NCBI GenBank assembly: GCA_946965045.2
Contig: OX337235.1
Coordinates: 806,001 to 870,000, forward strand
DNA length: 64,000 nt
Direction of reading: 5' to 3'
Origin: Epithemia pelagica
Taxonomy: Eukaryota; Protista; Bacillariophyta
The notes under the pieces: model-generated
Database searches by the model: none
Told to the model about the DNA's origin: nothing
Seen by the model: the letters and a program-made list of their open reading frames with translations, nothing else
Position numbers and translations under genes: made by a program
Part shown: positions 11,878-23,200 of the stretch, one piece after another
Layout: every line of letters begins with the position of its first letter
Position numbering within the stretch: position 1 is the first letter of the stretch

Positions 11878-14800
11878 CTGTTTCGTTGCTTCTTCATTAA
11901 GATCAATGACTCGTTTGATGACACGTGCACGGTGTCGCTCCCCATTTTCTTCTGTGTCGCATAGGAATGTGCGTCCTATCATGTCGTCAAAATCGATTGT
12001 GGGCATTGGTTTGGATGGATCTTCACTATCACTGCGAATGAAGACAGTGTCAGCTTGCTTATCATTGTCATCCTTCTCAGACGAATCCTCCCCTGAAGGT
12101 CGATCCACACGTAGGTTAGGCGTAGTGGATTCAACACGGCGAACGGCAGAACGGTAGATGATCTGGTTATCCTGGGTGAGAATCTTCCAAGTAAAAGAAT
12201 CACCAACGTTGTGAGCAAAACCAACCTAGTGGCCAAGTTTCTCATCAGAAGAAGATGGATATGAACCGGAATTGGGTTCAGCGGGGTCGACACGGTAGTA
12301 AACCTCATCCCAGAAAGGAAAGAACAAGAGATGAGTAATGTCGGGTGGGCGTCCGGAGAGAGCCTCAAGAGGAGTGCGACCGGAGTGGGTGGGTGATGAC
12401 GTATGGTTCAATAAGTCACAGACATACTCAAGGCAAAGAAGCCAGGTGTTGGCAGGGCAACCAGTGGCATTCATGAGAGCGTTGGTCATACGTTTAACGG
12501 TCTGGTAACGGTTTTCAGCCTTATTCTGGTGTTGATGATAAGGTTCGGATCGATACTCCCCAATAAGCAAAGTGCGAAGAATGTCTTTAACCTTTTGAGA
12601 GATGAGAGATGAACCACCATCACTGATAAGAGTCTCCATGGCACCACGAAACCGGATGTTGTCCTGAAGAGTATTGACAAACTGTTTGGTTGACTTGATC
12701 CCATAGATATCAGTAACCAGAGTATCTCGACCAACAAAGATCTGTGCGACTTTACCGCCATGGTCAACAGCAGGGGTGTCGGAGAAAACCGAGTCAGTAG
12801 CAACGGGTTCATGGCGTCGAGGTATATTAAGGACCGGATTGCGAGCCTTGAAATGTTTCTTGAGGGTGTCGTGGTCAAAAGTAATGCTACCATTACGTGT
12901 AGTGTGCTTGAACGTATCGGCAATAACATCTTCAGATTGCCAACCAAAGAATGGACGGAACTTCTTCCAGTCATACGCTTCCTGGTAACGACGGTGGACA
13001 GAGGCATGAAGTGTAGGATCATTACCTTCTGCGTCAGCATAGATAGAAAAGAAGGGTGCGTCGTCAGGTCCATGATCGTATGGGAGATCCAAAAGGAGAT
13101 TGAGGTTACAAACAACACGATCAGTGTACTCCCCATAGTTGTCATATGGATGGTTTGACATACTACCATCAGTCTTGACGTGTTTCCAATCAGGATCATT
13201 GTCAGAGGGTGTGGGAGAATACGAATGGTCCAGAACACCAGGATCCCATGTGTCGGGTGACGTGAAGATGGTCTGAGGTAAGGTATCCATGTCATCGTCG
13301 CTGGGGATACCCAAGGAGTGGATGTAGGCTAACCCATCCTTGATGTGAAGGGGTATGGCACGACCATCAAGTGTAGTGATGCGTTGTTTACCATCAACTT
13401 TAACAGATCGTTCATCAACAGCAAGTCCGAAATGCTCGAATTGACCAGGAGCATGGATAGATAAGCCCTTCCCATAATAAGCATATTCATTGAAGATGCC
13501 GACAATAGGTCCATCATTGGTCTCAAACTTTGCGGCACATGTGACGACAGGAAGTCCAGTAAGTTCATGGTTATCAATACCCACAATAGTGATATGGCGG
13601 CCAGTCTTAGAAAGGATGCGCATGTCAGAACCAGCAAGTCCTCCATTAGCACCACGGTCAATCAATTGATTCCCTGGTAAAGTAGATTTCCTGGAAAACA
13701 AATAGCGTGGGACATGTCCTGCTTGTTTATGCATGTTGGCTTTGAAAGTAACCTTCTTGCTCGTCTTGGACTTGGCGTTAGAAAGAACACTAGTCAGGTC
13801 AGTTGCCGGGTGATTGATATCAGTCGTCATGGCTTGGTTGATAAATTGTGTAACCGGATCTGAATCATCTGAATGCTCAGGGACTACGCCAGGTGAGTCG
13901 TCATCAGATGCAACTTGGTTGGGGTCAGGATCAGGTTCCGGATCAATGTCGAGGGCATGTGTTTGCACTGTCCTCGGTGTTGTTGATGAAGGTGCTTGAA
14001 TCATCTTGTTATACTCAATGATCAACTTGCGATCTTCTTCAGAAAGTTTGAACCATAGGTCACGCGGTAGACTAACCTTGGACGAAGAGGATGGAGATTC
14101 AGATGTCGCTTTGGTGTTGTGGACATGATACTCCATATCATCTTGTGAGGTTATGTCAGCATCTGTATCTTGGCCATATAGTGATTCATGTTGTTTGACA
14201 TGTCGACGGCGACTATGAACAGATGACTGGGTTGCTTGATCATGGTCATAAGCTGCGTCTAGAAGGAGACGGAAGTATGATTGATAGCAAAGGGATTTTG
14301 CACCGGATTTGGTGTTCACCACATTATCCAAGATCTTGACTCGGCGGAGATCAGGTACCTTTTCTACAGCTTGCATGAGGAAGGTCATCCTGGTATGATC
14401 AGGGATGCGATCAGACAATGTCACTAAATTGTCTAGCAAACGTAGCTGCTCTTGAAAGTGTAGAAGAAATTGACGTGTTGTTCCGCGCCATGTGTCGTCA
14501 AGACGTAGATTGGAAATGTAGTTGGTTAAGCGGAGGACTTCTCGCTTTGCTAGGTCGGATTCGGTATGCAAAGAGTGTAACTTCTGCAATACGGCACGCG
14601 CATCTTCATCATGTTCATGTTCACGTACATAGGCTCGACCTTGGTCAGTCTGAATGATACGGACAAGAACGGAGTAAAGAAATACTTGTTGCTCTTGAAA
14701 AAGTTCTTCGGCATGGTCATCATCATGGGGTGGTGTGTATTTGAAATTCAGAACGTTGGATAGGCCTTGAGCCTTAGCTGTAGTCTTGAATACACGCCAG

Positions 14801-15390
14801 AATGAATCGTAGTATCGTTCATCCTTGAATACCTCATATGCAGTTGCGTCGCGCTTAGTTCCCTTTCTGAATGCTGTAAGGTCTTGTTGAGATTGGGATG
14901 CGGCAGTAACTGTGCTGACAGATTTCACAGATGACGGTGACTTCATTGGCGAGACTGGGACTTGGCTAGGTGGTCCCTTAGAGAAATCTGTGTTGATCCT
15001 CCAAGTGTTGAACTCTTTCCTCGTTAGGTTCATCCAGTCGCTATTGGATAGCTCGTCTTGAATTTCATTGGTCTTGTATGTGGCCCAATAAGCCAAGAGC
15101 TTGATCTGCTGTCTTGTGGGGCCTTGTAGATCATGTGTCTGTTTGTTGACCTTGTATTGTGTCAGTTCCTTCATGGATTCCTCGGTATTAGTTTGCATAT
15201 ACGAGATAACATGGGTAATGTTCTCAAAACCATGGTATTTCATCCACTTCATTAAGTAGTCGGCCCTTTCTTTGGTGAAGAATTGGCAGACAGTAAATAT
15301 GATGTGGTCGAATAGGTCTGTGTCCGAGACATTGTCTTGGTTATCTTCTCCCTTAGGAGTCGTAGGTGTCTTGGGTGATTGAGGATCCAT
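11878..15390 (-). pseudogene. Gag-protease-integrase ORF of element A; in-frame TAG at 12226-12228
   Basis: 1054-aa ORF with the protease motif LIDRGANGG and integrase D-D-E (TDSVFSD, ISDGG, QNKAEN). It continues in frame past LGH*VGFAHNVGD (TGG to TAG) until the junction near 11878. Confidence 0.88.
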
Positions 15391-15710
15391 GGTGTTATTT
15401 GGTTGGTTCGATGTTTATTTAATGTGCGGTGTGATGTGGTTTATTTAATGTGCGATGTGATGTGAACCCGGATGTACCACGTGTGCCACGTATGTACCAC
15501 GTATGTGATACCCGGATGTGTGTTGTGATGTGCGACTCCTGGAAATTTCCGTTGATTTCGACAAATTTTCGCCGAGTTTCAACAAATTTTCGCCGAATTT
15601 TCGCGATTTGACGGGAATGTGTGGCGTGTTGTGCGACCAAGGGTACCCGGATGTGCGTTGAGTTTAAGTCTTGGAAAGGTTTTGAGAGGACGGGAGTTAA
15701 CTATGAGTAA

Positions 15711-16490
15711 TTAAGCTTCGGTCTCCGAATCCTCACCCTCTTCCGAATGATCAGAGTCGCTTCCAGGCTCAGATGGGGCAGCACAAGCAACAGAAGAAGG
15801 GGTATCACCTTCAGCCAGGTGGTTCTCGACCTCGGTACGCAAAGGGTAGATAGTTGCACGATGGTCCTCGATGGTATGGACCTCGTGGATGTAGGCAACG
15901 TAGTTATCTAGGCGTACAACGTTAGGAGGCAGAGGGCAAGTCGTCGCGTTCACGACGTGGATGGTATTGTAGTATCCAGTTGGGCGCTCGAAGGTTAGGA
16001 AGCGGAGGTGGACAGTACGGATGGGGTTGCCCGAGAGGGCGGCAAAGATGAGGCGACGCCTCGGAGAAGGATGAAGTTGGTCGTTCAGACGGTCAATGTC
16101 TTCTTGGTCGACGATGTGGGTCACCGATTGGAACTGGCGTTCGATCTGGGTTTCCCCACGGATGATCTCGGGATCGAAGGTCGAACAAGTTGGTTGACGG
16201 AAGTACTTGATATGATCAGCAATCAACCGGGTGGTACGACGGGATCGAGAAGGGACGAGCCGACGAGGCGGACTCGGGGGCCGAAGCAACGGCGCAGGGA
16301 TTGGAGCGTGAGGCTGGGTTGGAGTCTCGAATGGGTTGCTGTTGGAACTGTCGACGGAGATGTTGACCGATGTGTTGGCTGCCTTCGGCGTCGGCACCAG
16401 TTCCTGCTGCACCAGGGTATCGGGCTGCCCGGGATGCAGGTTGGCTCGATAGATCTGTCGTACAGGAGTGATAATCTCGTTAGTATCCAT
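15711..16490 (-). CDS. Unknown 259-aa ORF upstream of, and co-oriented with, element A gag
   Basis: Runs from ATG to TAA without interruption. It has a Pro-rich N-terminal half, a globular-looking middle and an acidic tail. No family recognised. Confidence 0.55.
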   Translation of the reverse strand: MDTNEIITPVRQIYRANLHPGQPDTLVQQELVPTPKAANTSVNISVDSSNSNPFETPTQPHAPIPAPLLRPPSPPRRLVPSRSRRTTRLIADHIKYFRQPTCSTFDPEIIRGETQIERQFQSVTHIVDQEDIDRLNDQLHPSPRRRLIFAALSGNPIRTVHLRFLTFERPTGYYNTIHVVNATTCPLPPNVVRLDNYVAYIHEVHTIEDHRATIYPLRTEVENHLAEGDTPSSVACAAPSEPGSDSDHSEEGEDSETEA

Positions 16491-17291
16491 GAAACCACAA
16501 GGAAATAAGCTTTGAGACTGTTAATCTGTTACAATTCTTTCTGAATCGTAGGGACATTGATGCTCGGTAGAGCAGACAATCAGGTAGGTCACCAACCGAT
16601 ACAAGCTTCTCAGGGTCAGAGAAGCAAGCAAGTCGAAGTCTATCAGAAGGATAGTCGGGACACAAAAGAAGATGTGATAAATGGTGATATTGTTAGATTG
16701 TGTGTTGATTACTACGATAGGTCTACGTGAAATGTTCGGTCCTGCCAAGGGTCATGTGTCATAGGTTCTTGGCGGCAACAGGTTTGGAATAGTTGGAGTT
16801 GATTCATGTGATGTATATGACATGTATATGTGGGCGGATAACATATACAGGGTCAACAGCTCTTGCTTTGGGTTGGCATAGTTGTTTTCATGGCGCGCAG
16901 CTTGTTGACAATTTGGAGATTGTGGGAATGGAAATATGGTCTCGCGTGATCGTGTGTCGTGCTTGGGATACTTAGACCGTTGGATCGGATAGATGCGGAT
17001 AGCGCTCGGATGTCGCTTGGGCGCGCTCGATGATTTCGGGCGCGTACGCTTAGGGCGTTAGTATAATGTCCGAGCAACGGCCAAATTTACGTCCGTTGTA
17101 ATACCGCACGACCCAGTTTAGTCTTGAGAGTGAGTTCGTCAATCTATTCTCACTTTTCATGATTTGCGAAGAAATATAGGTCGATATAGCGCGAAGCTAG
17201 GAAACATAGCTCGAAGCTAGAGGGCATGATGCGATAGCACGAGGCTATGTGACATGGGGAATCGATGAGATGTAGAATCTAACCACCATAG

Positions 17292-18264
17292 ACGGTGAGA
17301 ATTCTAACACTTTTCGCAAACGAACACGCGGACAAGTCGCTTTTCGTACCTTCGCGATACGAGCCGACTACACACAACCGCCTCCTTAAGCACACCGTGC
17401 AAGAACACACTTTGCCACGTTTGATTGTTGAAACCGATCCAAACCAACGACTTTTCCTTCCCGCCCTGTTATCTCCACTGACCAGCATGGCACTCTCCCT
17501 TCCCCTAACGGCCTCCAAATTCCGGTACACAAACCAAATTTTCCGGACAGCAATCAAACGCAAACTGCGACTCCCTCTTTTTGTCAACGACCCAACTCAA
17601 AACTGGCCCCAAAAATGCCGTTGTTCCAAAACCAAATCCATCGATCCCATGGGAGACCACCTTTTTTCGTGCACGGCAGCATCCAAGACACCTCTGTCCA
17701 ACGCAATACGGGACACCTTGTTTGATGTCCTGAAACAAATAGCTCCAGCTGCCGAAGCCGTGGACACACCACACGATGTCCACATTGAACCTCCAGGACT
17801 GGCACCTCAACATCACAGAAACATTAGACCGGCTGACGTCGGCATGCTTCTCTCACAACCACACAAGAACGAACCTTTCAACTATGCCGCCATCGACATC
17901 ACAATCCCGCCGCCGCCACAGCCACAGCCCCTTCTCGACCCGTCCGACCACACCACACTTGCCTCAATGGCCTCCAGGACGCATCAAGAAGCGGCAAGAG
18001 CTAAGTTCTGCAGAGACCCAGACACGGCCAAACATCTCTTCGACAACGGAATTTACTTGATACCCTTCACCGTTGATCATCTTGGAGGACTCGGTTCTTT
18101 CGCCGATCGCCTTTTGTTCCCATCAGACTACCATCCGCATCTATTCACAACCACGCAACCACCACAATGGCCCAACCCATACTTCGGCAAGGACCAAAAA
18201 CGAAGTAAACCACAACCATCGGCATTCCGACTCTTCGAAGAATCCTCCGCAGCACCTTCCAATC
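17292..18264 (+). mobile_element. 5'-truncated CRE-like non-LTR retrotransposon, left part (zinc knuckle plus restriction-like endonuclease)
   Basis: CRC...DPMGDHLFSC knuckle followed by SNAIRD, EPPGL, RPADV and AIDITI. This is the typical C-terminal RLE domain of CRE/R2-group elements. No RT domain is present. Confidence 0.7.
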
Positions 18265-18477
18265 CGAATAAATGTGGTAGCGCGAGTACCGGTCACGCCT
18301 GTACGCGTTCGACTGGCGCGCATGAGAGGTTGGCGAGTCAGTAATTAGCGATAAAGTATCCTAGTGTAACGTTATGCGAGGAGCGCACCTTGAGGTGCTC
18401 ACTCTTCTGCTGAATGCTCTGAACTTGTCGTTGTGAACTACACCGTGAGTAATAGCGTCCGCTGTGGATATCTTTCG
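18265..18477 (+). repeat. 5' LTR of element B (213 bp)
   Basis: Reads CGAATAAATG...ATATCTTTCG and matches 24413-24625. Confidence 0.95.
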
Positions 18478-18492
18478 GTTTATCAGACCCAG
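18478..18492 (+). promoter_or_regulatory. Putative primer-binding site GTTTATCAGACCCAG
   Basis: Directly follows the 5' LTR. An identical 15-mer follows the 5' LTR of element C (61965-61979, minus strand). Confidence 0.7.
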
Positions 18493-18744
18493 TGCAGACA
18501 TGGCTAAGTGTATGAAAAGAGCGCGGAAGATGACCGAATTCCATATGAGGACGTGTGAGACGATTCTCGGGTCCGGTCGGGAAAGTGTTTAACCGATTGG
18601 TTTCGTTTCCCTGAAAACCCCAAAATGGCAGGGCCTGATCATCCCCGCATCGAGCGCATTCTCACTGCGACAGTATCTGACCACATTATCTCGTATTACT
18701 TATACAACAGGAACTCTTAAACTTCAAAGAAAAGAACAGAAAAG

Positions 18745-20220
18745 ATGGCCGCTGCTCCCCCAGTCGTTGCACCCGTCGCACCTGCTTTGACTCCTATCCA
18801 TCAAGTTCTGGAATGGATTGGCTTCCTAGACAACGCTCATCGAAATGCCATTTGCAATGAAGGAGGCTTCGATGATCTCTCTGGATTCATCGGTGTGACT
18901 GAAACGGACCTGCGCGACATGGCGGAAAGCTTCGAAAAGCGGTCGGCCGCTAATGGACGCATTACCTTTGGCATGCGCCGGACGAAATGGTTAGTGGGAG
19001 TCATGCATTGGGTTCAAGATTTTGACCGATGCTCTCAAGTACCCACTATCAACGGTATCAACGATGCAGACGCGATGAAGGCTGCCCTCACGGTCGCTAT
19101 TGAACGCGCCGCGACTCGTAAAGTGGAGGCCGACCAAGTGGACACGGTGAGCAAGGCCGCAGATCCAGGCAAGTTTAAAGACGAACGACGTTGGCCAGAC
19201 TGGGAACCTGCTTTTGTCAACTACTTAAGCACGATTCCTGGGGTCTATGGCGTTCCCTTGTCATACGTCGTTCGTGTCAACGAGAACCCAGACTTCGCAA
19301 CCGACTTTGGCAACGATTTTCAAGCCAAGATGGTGGCTTGCGCTAGGCTGAATGGCAATTTCTTCAAGGCTGATGCTCGCAAAGTCCACCAGTTGCTGAA
19401 GAACTTTCTTGTTACGGAAACGGCCGAGCAGTGGATCCAACATCTTTCCCGTCACGCCGATGGTCGTCGCGACATGGCCGCCCTTCGCGACCACTATGCT
19501 GGTGAGGGCAATGCCAGTCGACGTATTGCCACTGCTGACCGCATGAGGGAAGGACTCCACTACCGTTCCGAACGATCGATGCCTTTTACTTCCTTCCTCG
19601 ATCGTCTGCAAAAGATGTTCAACATTTATGCAGACGAGGGGGAAGCATACTCGGAAGGAGCGAAGATTCGTGAGTTGTTAAAACGTGTCCAACACTCACA
19701 ACTACAGGATACCGTCAAAGCCTTGGAAGTCCGCTTTGATATGGACGGGCTAACGTATACGCAAGCTGCAAATCATTTGACAGCAGCTGTTAGCAAGCTT
19801 GCTGAGTTCCAGACGACACGCAAAGTGTCAGAAATCGGCGCTGACCGTCTCCGTGGTGGCGGCTTATCAGCAAAGAAGTCAAAAGCCCCTACGAAGGGTG
19901 TGTTTATGCCAGATGGATCTATATTCACTGGATTTTATAAGAACTGGAAAGACTTGTCCAACGATGACAAGGATAAGGTCATGGAGGAACGAAAGCGCAA
20001 AAATAAGAGCGGCGCGAGCTCCAGGAAGAACAACAAGCGCAAGGCCTCGGAATTGTCATCCATTGTTGACTCATTGTCAGAGGTGAAACGCCAGATTGCT
20101 TCCCTTTCTTCTAAGGATGAATGCAAGGAGTGTGAAGATGCGTCGGACAAGAACAAAGTCCCGGATGACGCAGGCAACATGTTCGGAGGACGCCGTGAGC
20201 GTTTGTCTAAGAAGGACTGA
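18745..20220 (+). CDS. gag: Gag of element B (491 aa)
   Basis: Long ORF between the PBS and pol with a basic/acidic C-terminus ending FGGRRERLSKKD*. Confidence 0.85.
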   Translation: MAAAPPVVAPVAPALTPIHQVLEWIGFLDNAHRNAICNEGGFDDLSGFIGVTETDLRDMAESFEKRSAANGRITFGMRRTKWLVGVMHWVQDFDRCSQVPTINGINDADAMKAALTVAIERAATRKVEADQVDTVSKAADPGKFKDERRWPDWEPAFVNYLSTIPGVYGVPLSYVVRVNENPDFATDFGNDFQAKMVACARLNGNFFKADARKVHQLLKNFLVTETAEQWIQHLSRHADGRRDMAALRDHYAGEGNASRRIATADRMREGLHYRSERSMPFTSFLDRLQKMFNIYADEGEAYSEGAKIRELLKRVQHSQLQDTVKALEVRFDMDGLTYTQAANHLTAAVSKLAEFQTTRKVSEIGADRLRGGGLSAKKSKAPTKGVFMPDGSIFTGFYKNWKDLSNDDKDKVMEERKRKNKSGASSRKNNKRKASELSSIVDSLSEVKRQIASLSSKDECKECEDASDKNKVPDDAGNMFGGRRERLSKKD

Positions 20221-20240
20221 CTGTTGCCCTCCCTATTCGA

Positions 20241-23200
20241 ATGTTTATTAAGAATCGTGAGTTATCTCTGTCGATTTCTTATGGACTATTATCGAGTATA
20301 GGGAGACCAGTATATATTTGTAGGATCGTGTCCAGTATCCGAACCATTTCCTCCAGTATGAAAGCCAAGCCAAATCATGGCATCCACAATGGCACAGTTG
20401 AACTTGATTCGCACGCCGACACTATTGTTCTCGGCGCAAATTGTTGTGTATTGTCATACACGGGCAAGGAATGCCAAGTATCACCGTATTCAAAGGACTA
20501 CGATGCAATCACCAATGTCCCCGTCGTCACTGGTGCCACTGTTTGGACAAGGCAGGGCGACGGGCAAGAGTTCGTTGTCGTGTTCAATGAGGCACTCTGG
20601 ATGGGTGATCGATTGGATCATACCCTCCTCAATCAGAATCAAGCAAGACATTACGGTGTGACCGTACAGGACAATCCGTACGACAAGAAACCACTTCAAA
20701 TAGAAACAGAGGACGTTGTCATCCCGTTACAAACGGCTGGGACTGTGATATACTTCGAATCCAGGACGCCATCCCAACAGGAGCTCGAGGAATTGCCTCG
20801 ACTCATCTTATCCTCACCACATGATTGGGATCCGAGAACAGTTCAATTCCCAGTCACAAGAGTTGCAGAACCACATTACAGCATACAAACCATCGCCTCC
20901 AGCGACGTTCTCGATACCACGATGTATCACCCTTCGAACATCGCTCATCGTATTGTTAGCGCTGTCGAAGTGGACGAGGTGGATGGACGGTTCTTGCCAC
21001 GTCTTGATATACCATCCGAGAGGACTTTTCAGTCCACAGATCGCCATGGTGACGTGACCGCAACAATGCTCAGCGAGCGATGGCACATTGGCATCGCTCA
21101 GGCCAAGAATACAATGAAAGCGACAACACAGCGTGTCGTCCGGTCCGCCATACTCCCGTTGGCGCGACGGTACCGCGCAGATCGAATGTTTGAAAGGCCG
21201 CGAGTCCGCGGCATCGTTTACACGGATACCATGGATGGTCGGTATCAAACTTTGGACGGCAACCGGCACGCTCAGATATTTGCCACGTCTTACAATTTCG
21301 TTGTCGCGTACCCCATGGAAAGAAAAACTGATGCCGAAGAGGCCCTCAAACGGTTTATTGCTGATTTTGGAGTGCCTGATACCATCATTAGCGATGGTTC
21401 CCAAGAACAAACGGGTAAACGGACGGTCTTTCAGGACCAGGTCCGCAAACATCACATCGATCATCAGCAGGCCGAGCCCTATCGACATAACCAGTCCAAG
21501 GTTGAAGGCGTTATTCGCGAAGCACGAAAACGCTGGTTTCGTATCATGCATCGTCGCCGCGTTCCACGTCGACTCTGGGACTATGGGCTCAGATGGGTCT
21601 GTGAGATTATGCAACGAACTTCCAGTTCAGCTGGCTCTCTCAACGACAGAACCAGCCTTGAAGCCGTTACCGGTGAGACCCCTGATATCTCCGAGTACCT
21701 TGATTTCTCCTTTTACGACCCTTGTTGGTACAACGACAATGCTGGGTTGGGTGAAACCAAGCTTGGCCGGTGGCTCGGAGTCTCTCACAGGATCGGTAGT
21801 CTCATGTCCTATTGGTTGCTCACCACTCAAGGCACCGTGATTTCCCGTACCACCGTTTCCCGTGTTACCAATTTGGAACTGGAAACCACCGACATCAAAG
21901 AACGACTCGCTCGTTTCGACACCAACATCCAACAACAGCTTAATGACGCTGCGCATTTCCTCCCTCACGGAGGCAAAACTAGGCCCAACGACTGGGACCT
22001 TGATCCCCTGGAACATGACGCCGACTTCGCGGCCGAGTTTCATGACGTAGTCTCCAATGATGAGGTCAAGGAGGCAGATACTAACTTCACTCCTGAGGTG
22101 TACGACGACACGTACATCAACATGGAACTTGCTTTGCCACGTGGTGATGACGCCCATCCGGCGTTTGCGAAAGTCACCAAGCGTCTCCGCGATGCAAATG
22201 GCATTCCCATTGGAGTTGCACATGACAACCCCATCCTCGACACTCGTATGTACGAGGTCGAATACCCCGACGGCACCAAAGTTGCACTTGCTGCAAATTA
22301 CATTGCCGAGAACCTGTTTGCCCAAGTAGATGATGATGGCAACAGACAAGTACTCATGGAGGAAATCATTGGTCATCGGACCAACGGCAAAGAGGTCAAG
22401 CAACAGGATGCATTCGTAACCACAAACACCGGGACCAAGAGACGGAGGCAAACCACCATTGGTTGGGAATTGCTTGTCCAATGGAAGGACGGGTCGACCA
22501 ATTGGATTGCTTTGAAGGACATTAAAGAATCTTACCCCGTCCAAGTGGCCAAATATGCGGTTGGCTCACGAATAGCCATGGAGCCCGCATTCGCTTGGTG
22601 GGTACCCCACGTGCTCAAGAAGAGGAACCGTATCTTGGCAAAGGTGAAATCCAAATATTGGCTCCGTACGCACAAGTTTGGCATTCGGGTGCCGAAGACA
22701 GTTGCAGAGGCAATCGCCCTGGACAAAGAAAATGGCAACACATTATGGTGGGACGCCATTTGTAAAGAAATGAAGAATGTCAGGCCTGGCTTTGAGGCAT
22801 GGGAGAAACCAGCAAGTGAATTGCCGCCCGGATATCAGCAAATAAAGTGTCACATAGTGTTTGACATCAAGATGGGGGAAAACTTCCGGCGCAAGGCAAG
22901 ATTCGTGGCAGGGGGCCATCTTACGGAGACACCATCCTCGTTGACGTACTCTTCTGTCGTCTCGCGGGACTCAGTTCGTATTGCCCTCCTCATTGCAGCC
23001 TTGAACGGTCTCAAGATTTCGGCGTGTGACATACAGAATGCGTACCTGACTGCGAATTGTCGAGAGAAGATATGGTTCGTTGCGGGACCCGAACTAGGGT
23101 CTGAGGAAGGGACTATCATGATCATTAAGAAAGCTCTCTATGGACTCAAGTCTAGTGGGGCAGCATTTCGAGCCCACCTCGCAGAGACTCTCCATGATAT

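Larger units (their letters stand above)
10032..17290 (-). mobile_element. Defective, apparently chimeric Ty1/copia (CoDi) element A
   Basis: Gag-PR-IN, RT and RNase H motifs lie on the minus strand, with two nonsense codons and a frame-changing internal deletion or junction near 11877. The 5' (high-coordinate) boundary is approximate. Confidence 0.8.

Noticed and set aside
18264-18280. Alternative LTR boundaries for element B (start at CCGAAT or at an internal TG)
   Set aside because: The extra shared C is the last TSD base in one copy and part of the AC dinucleotide in the other. Only CG...CG boundaries give a TSD and restore the target ORF.
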